From positions 4,960,001 to 5,024,000 of the forward strand of contig OZ004608.1 of NCBI GenBank assembly GCA_963924565.1: a stretch of 64,000 nt of DNA, written 5' to 3'. Positions 51,972-64,000 of the stretch are shown in pieces. This stretch comes from Ascidiella aspersa. Lineage: Eukaryota. The notes beneath the pieces were generated by a model. That model searched no databases. It saw nothing but the letters and a program-made list of their open reading frames with translations, and was not told the DNA's origin. The stretch's first letter is position 1; each line of letters begins with the position of its first letter. The position numbers and the translations under genes were made by a program.

Positions 51972-53107
51972 AGGATGTTCGTCCTGGAAATTATGAGGGC
52001 TCCAAGCTGTTTCGAAGCTAAAATGACCAACAACGATTTGTATGGCCAAGTCGACAAAATCATTGTTTTAGGAGCATAAGTTTATAAATGCTTTCCCTGT
52101 GGTTCTATTGTAGCTTGTTGTGGTTTTAAACGAATATTTGTATACAGTTTTATGGGTCTTCTTTGATTTGTGATTTTATGTATTTAAAGGTTTTTTCCCT
52201 TATTTTGCGAAATTTTGTATTTCATTCTTAGCACCAATTTCCGCTAATCTTTGTTGCAACTGGCGAGTAAATATTTCGTTTGAAAAGGTTTAATTCAAAA
52301 CAATTTTATGCTAAAATTGCTTTTTATGGTTTAAAAAGTTTGAACTGATTTCCCACTTTGAAATTTTTTTTTTTATGTGTTACTGCAATTGATTTCTATA
52401 TACATATGCTGTTGTTATCGCTTTTTTAACCCTTATCCCTTTCTAGACGTTGCCCCTTCTTGTACATTGCACCCTACACTTTGTAAGATATTTTAGCTAT
52501 AACCAAATGCTATGCTGTTAAGTCTGAACAACTTAATTCGTAATATATTTTATAATGTTGTTGCTGCGTATTTTTTTGAAATAAAATGCATCTAGATAGG
52601 GAAGTTATATAGCACGTAATACACGCGCCTGATGTTTCCTAAATGCTGAACATGTCATCGTGTTGTGTTTGTAAGCCCAACCAGTGAAGCCCGGTTATAA
52701 AACTAAATCATACCGGATTTTAGTGTTGAAAGTTTGAGGATGACTATATCTTGACGAGTCTCTATTATATAACTCGTTTAAATAATAAATTATACGCTAC
52801 AACGGTTCATTGATACTTTGAAACAGGTTTGCAATATTGCGGTATTTGAATGTTGTAAAACTACAGCATTTCCCGCACCGCATACATTTAGCAAGCGTAA
52901 ACGGCCTGGCAATTGTTTATGTTCCTGCAGGATGCGCCATATATCAAAGCACATCAAATATCTGCAATTAAACGTAGTTGGTTTAATCTTTATTTGGCGG
53001 CCTGGACCCGTATCCTTCATCACAGGGCCCCATTAATTTTAAGTGATACTTTAGAGAAGAATCTCTATTAATGGCCGTGTTTGTCTAATTTTAAATAGGG
53101 CAATATA

Positions 53108-53230
53108 GTGGCATTATATAAAGACAAATTGTATTGATTCTCCACAAGTAGAAATTTCTATTTCGACCTGTTGAATAACGGTTGTCCAAAAGATTGGAAT
53201 ACAATACAATTTGTCTTTATATAACGCCAC
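53108..53230. repeat. Inverted repeat / small fold-back element
   Basis: 29-bp arms GTGGCATTATATAAAGACAAATTGTATTG / CAATACAATTTGTCTTTATATAACGCCAC with one mismatch. Confidence 0.85.
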
Positions 53231-53639
53231 CTGATTACTATATATAGAACAACTATTCGACGAACTCTAAGAATTACCCCCCAAAAAATTACTATTTGTT
53301 TTTTCCAGTCTTGTGGTAATATAGTTTTCATATAATCAGAACATCACTGTCTCCTTTTTCTATTCAAGTTTCAGTTTTATAGAAAGTTTCCAAATTGTAT
53401 TGTAATGTCTTTGCTTAATTTTTTAAGGTTTAATACCTCTGGGTATCTTTTGCCAGCCTAAAGCAAAATATTTTTGCCTGGTTTGGGTATTTTTCTTTTG
53501 TGAATGTGTCATTACAATAGTTCTGTAAGTCACACGTAAAAAAATGTGCAACCACAAACTGTTGAAATCGCTTTGCGTGCTTTTCTTGTTCGAAATTTTG
53601 TGATTGCTCTTCGAAATTGCCAAATATTTTTATTCGGCA

Positions 53640-55090
53640 ACTGCATTGCGTCAACAATGACGTCAGACGTTAATTGCGTCACTCGTGTTGGCAATCAACA
53701 TTGAAAAAAGAACTCGTTATACGCGGCGTGTCTGACAGGCGATTTATTAAGTCTCTAACCGTTTGTTTGACGCAAACGTTACTAATCCTATTTCGGTTGA
53801 AAGCAAGCTTTAGATCGTTTTTCGGGTTACAAATAAAAAATCCCACAAAATTCACAATATTTCGGTTGTGCCATTTCGAACTTTGTGAAAACTTTTATAG
53901 AGCTATATTTTTTTAAATAAAAATAACAAAAATCTTGTGCATTTTTTCTTCCTTCATAAATGCTGGGTTTCCAGCAACTCAAGTTGTTACGCACATCTTG
54001 GTTTTATATATGATGTTGAAATACAAATAAATTGAATTAAAAGGGACAACATTTGATCAGATTGGGAGTAAATTGAACAATGAGTTTGTCCCATTTAAAC
54101 TAAACTGAAAAAAAAAAAAAAAAAATATTGTCAAATTTGACTTAACATTACAGTCGGATTTAACCTGTAACTGAGGGGTGCTTATACTGGGGACCGTGGA
54201 ATTCTTGGGGTTACGAAGAATAGTTTTAGGGTGTCCATGAAGGTCCAACCGAAATTTACGTGTAAAATTTGTAAAATGACTTATAAAGTGTTGGTTTAGT
54301 CTACCTTTTTTATATTTTACGTCAAATCTAAAAATTCCATACCGACCCTGGTCCACACGAACCAAATACATTTTTAGGGAGTCCGTGAATAAATAAATAT
54401 AAGCACTACCGCTTTAGTCATACTAAAAATAGGTTTAAGGTTTTTTCTGAACTAAATATGTATAAATACTTTGCCTATAACCACATTCAGGCTATGTTGT
54501 GCACGTTTTACTCTGCTAACAAACCAAAAGATAAGCTTGGATTGTCAGGTGGTTGGCAGGTTGCTTTGGGTAAACCTATAACTTAATGTACCGTCATTAA
54601 GACAGCTGTTTAGTTCGATCCATTTAACGCCTAGACGAATTAAAGTTTTACAAGTAAACGAAATCATGTTGTGGTAAATAGGCCATAAGAAATCACGGCA
54701 GAAAAAACAGTTGAACCAATTCAATATCCTAGTAAAAGACCCCTTTACAGACCCAGCAATTGACTTATGATGATTTTTTTACAATACAAAGCGTTAACTT
54801 GTGAAACTATTTTAAATATGTAAAATTCCTTCTCTTTTCTAACAGCTATAATTTTGCCAAAATTTATTTAGGAAACTTTGTTGCGTCAACAGTGACGTTC
54901 GTTGTTAATTTTCGTGTTTAAAAAAAGGCGTCGCTACGCGGCGGATCTGACAGGCGATTTATCATGCCGCTACGCATTAATTTGACGTAAACGTTACCAA
55001 CGCTTTAGTAGTTTTAAGTGGAAGCAAGCTTCGAAACTGTTACTGGAATGAAATCAAAATTTTCCCCAAATTTACTATATTTTCGTTGCG
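53640..55090. repeat. Dispersed direct duplication of ~220 bp (53645-53870 and 54881-55090)
   Basis: Shared TTGCGTCAACA.TGACGT, TACGCGGCG..TCTGACAGGCGATTTAT, TTTGACG.AAACGTTAC and GCAAGCTT. Confidence 0.85.
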
Positions 55091-56843
55091 TGTGTATGTA
55101 AACTTGATCACAGCCGAAACCCTTTTTCTAAAAAGTCGACCTTTCGAGTTCCCAGAAACTTTCGTTGGTTATCAGAGCTTATTTTGACGTGTGTAACCTA
55201 AAGGAAGCTGTTAAATGAGAACATTCTTTTCAATTTAAAATAAATCAGACAACATTTAAATCGACAAAATAGTTGTCCAATGTAATTTAGAAGGATAATT
55301 ATATCATTTGTTTTATTTTGATTTTATCTAAATCGAAAAGCAATGTTCGATTTTTTTAATTTGGAATATTGTTTTGTTTAGTCTATTGGACAAAACCTTT
55401 GTCAGATTTAATTTGTCCGATTAACTTAACATTATACAAGTAGGACGTATCGAGTTAACGATAGGGCTACAAACTTATATTAAGAAGTCATCTAAATCGT
55501 AAAGTATAATGTTTTCCCATTTTATTTAATTTCGAATATAGTTTTGTTAAAGTTAAACACAACGTCTCTGTCGCTTCAAATGCTCTTCGGTCTAACTTTT
55601 ATCACACAAAAAAATTAGTCGAGACGGCACCCATAATAATCGCCCAAATGAACATCCAAATACCAAATACTGCATGACAGAGCAAGTGTTGTCCAGACAG
55701 CACGTGGTATGAGCAAATCCAAACAAGGTTCACGTTAACTGAGAAATCAGCCGGTCTGGCGTCACTCGTGAATTCCCAGCATCGAAATCACGTACAAAAC
55801 ACAGGCGTGCGTACAACACTGATTGCCTCTATATTAGGGTTCGCCCTCGATACACGTAGCGACAAAACGGCGAACATCCGTTGATTTGCGCTAAATCTTG
55901 TTTTGGTTCCTCTGCAGCACGCATTTCGTGTTCTGCCTCACGCGACAACAAGTTAGAGGAAGGCCAAGAAATAACCGATGCAGGGTGCAAAACCACGGCA
56001 TAAATAGGATGCAAGTATACATGAGTGTGTGTTAATAATTCAGCGCTCGATGCGAGAGACGTGACTCAGTTAAGTGCCTACTTGTTTTCACCTAACGCGT
56101 ATACTTGTGTATTAATTTTTAAACAGCATTCATACGTGGATTTGCGTATGTGCTCTTCAACAAAAACAACAAAATGAAACTCAGAACGTGACGCCATTCG
56201 TTGAATGAGCAAGTATATAGTTTCAGTATTGGAGTATATTGGTTGGGGCTTGTAGTAATGCGTAATAAAAATATCAAAGCCCATACAGAAGTAGATATAA
56301 GTTTTAACGTTTCGAATAACTCTTTAGATCTGAACGTTCAAAACGCTAACTACTTCTGTATGGGCTGTGATATTCTTTCTAAGTTTTGGTATTGTTTCTC
56401 AGGTTACCGTGAAGTGACTCTGAAATAACGTTGGTCAGGTTTTGAATTTTATTTCCACGTACCTTAATAACTTACATGTTGCGACTTTGTTTTCGAACAG
56501 TTTCATCAATTTATTTTAAGAGTACAAAGTTTATAATCGTCAGGGTGCTTTCGTACTTTTACTTTATTTGTTTTACTTCAGTCCAGGAAATTTTATTTGA
56601 TCTGTTTTACAGGAAGCGACTTTAAAATGAGAAAAACAAAATTGCGGTGATTTAGTATTTATTCGTTGTTCTGAGGTAATTTCTGTTAGAAGAACTAAAA
56701 AGTGAGATTCATTTGTTCAGTTTCAGTGAAAGTGGGTTTGTTTAATTTGGGATAAGTGTTTTGTTTTTAAACATGATGTTTCTTCGATCTTAGGCAACTT
56801 ATTAAAAAACAATTGAGTATTTTAACGTTCTTTGTAACAAAAA

Positions 56844-59800
56844 ATGAATTCATTTTCGGGAGCTCTGTTTTGTCTTTTAATCGGCTCCGTCCACTGTGGC
56901 TGGTTTCCTTATAGCGGTGGAGATTTCTTCGTTGATTTTGACAGCAAGGTTAACCAAACCGTCGCAGCGGAAAAATGCGCAGCCCTGAACTCAACCCTGG
57001 CTATCTTGAAGAAAAACGAAACGCAAAGATTTCTCGCCAGCGTGCTCTACAAACACGCAAGTAGGTTTTGCTGAAATCTATGTGTGAATACTTCGATTTT
57101 ATTTTAAATTGGAAAAGTCCGATACTCGTTAAAGATTTCAGAATCAACATTCGGTATTTCTGATAAAAATATTTGCCCGCCACAAATTTGAAATAAATGA
57201 TTAGAACTAGGTAACATTCAGGCGAGAAAAGACCTTGTAAGCCACGATTCTTCGAAATAAACTGGTTAAGGGATTGCAAACTATAAATTCTTCACTTCAC
57301 TTGTTAAATGACTATTTATTAAAAAAAATCTAGGTAAAATTGTTTTTGGAGACCTAGCAATGGCGTTTGTAAACAAGCCTAAAATAAGTTGACATCTGAT
57401 CACTGTTAAACCAAGTATATAGTACGACAACATGTACTAATAACTCGGGGGAATATATTTTGACCAAAAAAATAGGAAATTTTGACCTGAAAAATTAAAG
57501 TTTTGACAAATTTTGACCTGAAAATAATTTATTTTGACAAAATTTTGACCTGTTAGAAATACATTGTTTTAAATTACCTAGGCGTCGTTAATCACGCGTT
57601 TTTTATACAGTATATTGCTCTAATAAAGATATAATACGGTTAAAATGACTTTGAACATATATCAAAACTAATTTTTTTGTTGATAAAATGAACGATAAAT
57701 TTCAAAATAGCTGACTTAAGTTTTTTTTAAATTTTGTAAGCGATTTATGTGCAATTTTATTCGATTTTAACTTACAACGTGACAAATTTGGACAAAAATT
57801 TTTGACTTTTTTTGCCAAGTTAAAAAATATTCGCCTTACTAATAACATGATATGGTGTATCCTTGATCCGTCATTATTGAACTTTCCTATTGTTGAATCT
57901 TTCTTTAAAACGCTTAACATTAAAGTTGAACCCTTATTTTTGAAATTGTACCGCGTCAATGAATTGACTTCCTCAGATACAAAATGCAGGGATTTTTAAT
58001 GTAGCTTGATAATGAATTGCAAAACCATAAAAGTTCGAGTAGATCGACAGCATCTTGATTAAGACGTTTCGATACGAGTTTGTATCATCTTCAGTTAATG
58101 TGAATCAACTTAACTGAGATTGACACAAGTTCTTGTCTAAACGTCTTAATCAAGATGATGCCGCTACTCGACCTTCTTGACTTTATTAGTTTTAAAAGAA
58201 AATCCTTACGAATATTTCGACTTACACTTTTAGAGAAGCCATATTGCTTCTACATCGGTATCACACGAATCGAGCGACGCGACGTTTTTAAGTGGGGCGA
58301 CGGAACCCAAGTGACCCCGGAGCAGGCCCACTGGGCCGACAAGGAACCGAACAACAAGCATCTCAAGGGTACGGGGATCGAAGACTGCGTCACGATGGGC
58401 AGGGCGCCGTCCAAGGACGACCCTACGTTCCCGTGGTACGATATCAGTTGCGCGCGCTCGTGCAGATATATATGCGGTGGAGGTAAGACGATACGATATA
58501 CGTTTTAACTGAGACATTTGTTTTGTTCTGCCTATAGTTAAGGGTAAGAGGAATTAAGTCTGCGAAGCAAACTCAGTCATTTTGGTGATAAATAAGCCTT
58601 TAGAAATTCATCCCCCCCCCAAAAAAAGGAGGATGACATCCTCAGTATAGCCTATAGTAAAAGTCTCTTTCGTTTATGTAATGGGAGAAATATATTTCTA
58701 TGGAAAATAGTGGCCTTTGTCCAGTTTCGGAACTCACAGTTTTTAACCTTGTGTAACCAGTCAGCGCAACGCCAACTGTGTTTCATTAAAAAATAACAAA
58801 ATACTTTAAAACAGTAAATAGTAGACTTTTAATATGTATCACTTGATCGTATATCTCCTGAGCGTTTTCTTGACATTCTATCGAAGTACTACATTTTAAG
58901 AATTCACAGGGTTACCCACCAACCACATAAATATGCTTTTAGCAGTTCAACCTTTGTTCTTTTTATAAATTTTTTTTATAGAATTTCTAAGACCCTTACC
59001 TCTGAATAGGCCTATGGTGTAAATTAATTTTAGTAAAGTCACGCAACCAATGAAACCAAATCTTTTTTAGAGATGCCAGACAACCGAACCGACGTCACAA
59101 CGGGGTCAGAGGTCACTTCACTACAAACCACGTCTCCTGCCAGTGTGGCTACAGTTTCGCGTGAGTAATTTTTTTTTAATTATTTGTTTAATCGTCAAAA
59201 CTTTTGATTTTTACCAACTTCTTGGATAGGTGGTTAATCGCCTAACTAAATATAATAAACAAGAAATAAATGTGATAGCAGAAAACCAGCAAAAGGCTTG
59301 AAAAAAGTCATGCTACACTACACCTCAAATGCAATATTCCGGTAATCCGACTTAACCCTAAGTTCAGCTACTTAAAGATAAATTCGCAAAACCTAGGCAT
59401 TAATCCAATGTGGATACTGGTTTTGCATACGAAGGTGTTGCATACAAATATACTGATGATTTCCCCTAAATTCAGTCCCTGAGCCACTAATTTGCAAATA
59501 TGAATGATGTCATTTTTCAACCCAGATGTTCGCGTTACTATATAGCGGCACCTTGCGGTACAAAATTAAACATTTGACATTCCAAATCAGTCATTGTTAA
59601 TCATTATTGTTTTGCATATAAGCAATAGCCTATCTTTATTCAGCTTAACAATACACATCTATATTAGGTTTAAGGTAATCCGACAATTTTAATTGTAGAA
59701 ACCGACCCGCTAGCAACAGTGAGAGCCAACTTTACACGAAAACCTCGTCGACTGAGACGACCAACAACGACCCCAGATATTACTGGCTCAACTCAGTCCG

Positions 59801-61103
59801 CAGAGCATACTTCAACACAGTCTTTCACTCAATCAAGATTAACTTCACCACAAACAACTCAGTCTGTTACGCAATCAACTCAGTTTACAACGCAAACAAC
59901 TCAGGCTACAACGCAAACAACACAAAGTACAACACAATCAACTCAGGCTACAACGCAATCAACACAACCAACTCGCGCTACAACGCAATCAACACAAAGT
60001 TCAACACAATTAACGGCTACAAAGCAATCAACACAACAAACACAGTCTACAAGACAATCAACTCAGTCTACAACACAGTCAGCTCAGGCTACGACAAAGA
60101 CCACACAACCAACACAGTCTCCGACACAATCAACACAACCAACTCAGGCTCCGACGCAATCAACACAAACGTCAACACAATCAACTCATTCTACGATGAA
60201 GTCCATACAACAAACGCAGGCTACGACGCAATCAGCACAATCTGTAACCCAAAATTCAACGCAACCAACACAAAAATCAACTGAAACTACACAAGTTTCG
60301 CAAGGCGCAACACAGGATAATTCGATGACTGATTCAGATCAAACTAGCGCAGGTAAGATTAAGGGAATACAATGCTGTACAAGCTTTTAAAAGCTGACAC
60401 ACAAATCATTGCTTAATAAATGTGATCCAACGTTTTCAACATATATTTGTTGGACGCCTCGTATATCATAAATATTGCCTCAAAAATGAAATGTATATTT
60501 TCTGTTGTTGCCAAGATAAATAGCGTAACCATTTTAATACGACGTATACGAGCGATTGTGTTGGTTGAAAATTAAGTGATTGGGCCATTTTATTTTTAAC
60601 ACGTTTTCTCTGTTCAGATGCGATCGGAGTAGAAGCCAACAGCACAGCGGCTGGGCTTGCATCTCAACATTGGGACCCAGGATTCGTCGCCCGCGGAACA
60701 ATCGTTGGGGTTGTTGTCGGTGTAACCCTCCTAGCCCTTATCATAATATTGGGCATTCGTTGCAGTAAGGTAAAGTGTAGACCTTGGCCTCCTGATACAT
60801 TAAAAAGCAATCGCACAGGCCTAGGCAGTTTATTTTAGCACAATTTTTGCTCATACTTGTGCGGTTGACCTTATACACTGTATCTGTCCAATTTTCACCC
60901 TTATATTTTCCATCAATTAGATCCGCCTTCGTAACATTCTCAAGCTATCAGTTTATTAATATAGTGGACTGATACAGTTTTTAAGGTATTGTATTGTTGC
61001 ATTAAAGTATACGGCGTTTGTAAGAACGATCTAATTGTATATCATTGTCTTATCCGAACTGGTATACATATTTTTTTTGCAGAAATCGGGCCAGTATGTT
61101 TGA
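56844..61103 (+). CDS. C-type lectin D: signal peptide, CTLD, long Thr/Gln/Ser mucin stalk, TM, short tail, ~460 aa. Exons 56844-57060, 58234-58482, 59071-59160, 59699-60352, 60618-60769, 61083-61103
   Basis: CTLD motifs FYIGI, FKWGDGT, WADKEPNN, EDCVTM, WYDISC...YIC; TQST-type repeats; TM TIVGVVVGVTLLALIIILGI; tail RCSKKSGQYV*. Frame-consistent canonical junctions. Confidence 0.88.
58035..58171. repeat. Long imperfect hairpin in a lectin D intron
   Basis: ~60-bp arms including CATCTTGATTAAGACGTTT / AAACGTCTTAATCAAGATG and CAGTTAA / TTAACTG, around a ~10-nt loop. Confidence 0.85.
59830..60300 (+). repeat. Coding minisatellite (TQST/TQATTQS-type units) in the lectin D stalk
   Basis: Repeated ACTCAGGCTACAACGCAATCA-like ~21-nt units within ORF 59719..60390. 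Confidence 0.85.
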
Positions 61104-61388
61104 CCTACAAATTACTGCGGAACAGTTGGTGAGTATATGATGTTACACAGCGTAGAAACTATTGCGACCAGGACGTTAGTTGCCCAACTGCATTGTTTTC
61201 TATAGTTTTTGCAAAATGTTGATCGTTATTAGGAATGTCCGATAATATCAGATCGGAACTGATGCTCGATACCAAGTGGTATTATCGGTGCTTGTCCGAT
61301 ACTGGGAGGCATTGGTGCCGCTCTTATACCAAATTTTTACAAGAACTTTAGCAAAGATTTGCAGCTTAACAACTTGAGGTAACTAAAC

Positions 61389-61759
61389 GAGTGGCGTAAC
61401 CAGTCGAAAATTTGGGGGGGGGGGGGCAAAAATGTTTGTTTAGCTTTTGTCATTGTATTAACCGCCGTAACGAACACAAAAACAATGCTAGCAAACCGTT
61501 TCGAGCAGCAACTGACTGAGTGTTAACGCAATACTCAAAAAACAGTCAATGAGCAAAAACTGTCTGAAAGTAGTAAAACTACATTAATGTATAGCAAACG
61601 TAATAATAACTACATCGTTTGTGACGTAACAGTTTATGACAATTGAACGTGCGGCATGCCTGTGAACAAATGTTGTGGTACTGCTCATAAATGCTACAAA
61701 ACAAATTATTGAGAGTAAAATATTTCTAAATTTTTGCCCCCCCCCTGGCTACGCCTATG
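61389..61759. mobile_element. MITE with G/C-run subtermini, nested in a CCGATA-type element (61230-61965)
   Basis: GAGTGGCGTAACCAG...GGGGGCAAAA / TTTTGCCCCC...CTGGCTACGCCTATG; TSD AACTAAAC on both sides. Confidence 0.85.
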
Positions 61760-64000
61760 AACTAAACTTCTGAATTCTAAAGCAAATTGTGCCCTACAAC
61801 CTGAAAATGTACCCTTCAACATAAAAGTACGTTTCAACATATTTTTTTTGCTTGTTTGGACATAGTAATGACGTAATTTGGTATTGATTAGGATCACGAT
61901 ACTTTAAACAATTGGGGGATCAGCATCGGGAAAAAATGCCAAGTTAGGCCTATTGGACATCTCTATGTATTATGTAGCGTTCGATAGGTAAACATTGGCG
62001 CAAGTGAATATGTAGAAATGTTGTGCTTTAAATTGTTTTTACCAATCGCTTACGCAACTTATGATTTTAAATTTTTATCTAATATCAACTTTGCACTTTT
62101 TTGGTAACGGTGGAATTTCTGTAGTTACTTGATAAATTATGTGCGCTTCGCAGACTTATTACAAATATTCTTGCCACCGATTCTTACAATACATAACAAT
62201 ATAAATCAAAATGATGCTTTTTTTGTCGAGAATTGATAGTATGCTTGTTACAATACATCACCTAAGGTGTTTTATTGTTTTTTTTTATTACAAAATATGT
62301 ATTTGATAGTTGTTAGTTTGGTCAGTTTTATTTGTTTACTATTAGTTTTCGTCTTGTTGTTTTGTTTTTGAGTTTTGGAACTTAAGCGTAATTTTTTTGA
62401 CGACTATACATTTGTGTTCGATGAGTGCAATACATAAATTGACTTTTTTATCTTTAAATGCAAAAATCTGTTTGGCGCCACATTGAAAAATTTTGTATCC
62501 TTAAATGCGTTTCTTTGCCGTTATTTTATATAAAAGTGCCTTTAAAACCCAAAACAAAGAAAAATAATGCATTTGTCATAAATAAACCATTTTGTATTTT
62601 TTTATCAGTATTGTGTTGCCTGCGCGAAATATCTATGAGTAGAATTATGCACAGAAGCGAAATTATTTCAATGCGATAATTGATATTTATTACACAGGCT
62701 GTGGCAATAATGCTATAACGAAATAATGAATTGCCATAACCAGCAAAATAATTATTATGTGTGTCAGCTGCAATATTGTAAACTAATAATAACAATATGT
62801 TTCTAACACTTTTCAAAGTGGACTCTGTGGCATCACGTTTGTACCATTTAGAATTGCAAATACTACATGTATATGGACACAGTCGATGCACTCCTACAAT
62901 ACGATAATAACCTTGAATGTCTACGTGTGGCTAATTACATGCGTTCAAACTTGCTACCGTCAGGAAATGAGTTCTTTCCCAACACCACTTACTAATGAAA
63001 CAAAACTAAACTTCATCGGTGTTTCAAATAGCATAGACATTGTGCTTAAATCGCCTCTTGATTGCAATTGTTTCAAAGTATTTGTCATTTTTTATGTAAA
63101 CTTATTGACTTATTGATTATTGTGTAAACTTCAACTTTTTCATTATTGTGTTAAAAACGATAATTCTCTTGACTTTAAAACATAAACATGTTTTATTGTG
63201 CATATGTGTAAACGCACTACATTCTCTATATATTCGTAATGTTATTAAATCCATTACGATGCAAAGAACCAAAAAACGTTCAACTTTGGATATCTTTAAA
63301 CATTACAGCCTTTTTGCATAGCTTTTTAATGAAATTATGAAATGTTTACAATCGGAGTAGTCTCTATACGTTTTCAGGCCCATTGAGATGTTTATAAACT
63401 CTTAAAGTATGTTAAAGAGAATTATCTAGTTGTCTAATCAAAGCTTGTAGGATGAGCGACAGCGTGTGTAGCGAAGCGTGTCGCTTAAACGTGAAAAAAG
63501 TTATGGCAAACTAGACTGTGACATAGTCACTTCTTTAACGTGCGAAAGTTAGTTTCTGTATAAAACGTTTAGGCTTGGAAATAGTTTGATGGGTTTTGTG
63601 CATTTGAAATCATACACGAGGAAAGGTCGCAGATGCATTGGGTCAATGTCCAACTGCACTAATACCTGACAGAGACATTGGTAACGTCATACAAGGCTAG
63701 TATGGGTTCTTGCCAGTGGCCTGACTGCTCGGTTAACAGAGCGGCGTCCGAAGCCCCCTAGTTCGAATCCTAGTCTAGTAACTTAGTTACTTTACTCCCT
63801 GTAAAACACGGATTTTATTTCAAATTTCCAAGCTGTGATCGCACATTAAGCATGATTTTCTGAAACCTAAATTGCAGGCTACTTTTAAACTATACAAAAT
63901 TTGTATAATAAGCTCTGCCCGTTAAAATGTCTGTTGACAGATACCCAAATCGTAATGTATATTTTATTGTTAAACCTATCTCTTTATATTATTGTTAAAC

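Noticed and set aside
63710-63790. Possible tRNA gene (GTTCGAATCC B-box)
   Set aside because: I cannot fold a cloverleaf with a proper acceptor stem; more likely a tRNA-derived SINE fragment. tRNAscan-SE would settle it.

Overview
AT-rich, intron-rich eukaryotic (metazoan) DNA. An invertebrate chordate such as a tunicate is my best guess from composition, intron sizes and the dense short-MITE content; this is inference only. All six genes I can reconstruct lie on the + strand. (1) The 3' coiled-coil exons of a Ste20-family SLK/STK10 kinase, with two alternative, apparently duplicated terminal exons and a candidate 3-nt microexon or recursive splice site between them. (2) A five-coding-exon, ~460-aa zf-3CxxC (RTP-like) zinc-binding protein with Pro-rich flanks and no transmembrane tail, preceded by a GC-rich promoter-like region containing a tandemly duplicated TATA block. 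(3) A tandem array of four paralogous EPN-type C-type lectin genes sharing one lectin head. They differ in mucin-stalk length (none, three duplicated 195-nt exons, one truncated exon, a long TQST repeat) and in membrane anchor (two TM plus Tyr-containing tail, two GPI-like). Introns and spacers contain many non-autonomous hAT-type MITEs with 8-bp TSDs, tRNA-derived SINE fragments, tandem repeats, palindromes, and an inverted pair of Penelope-type minimal hammerhead ribozyme motifs. Exon models were read by eye from GT/AG sites and frame continuity and need transcript confirmation.
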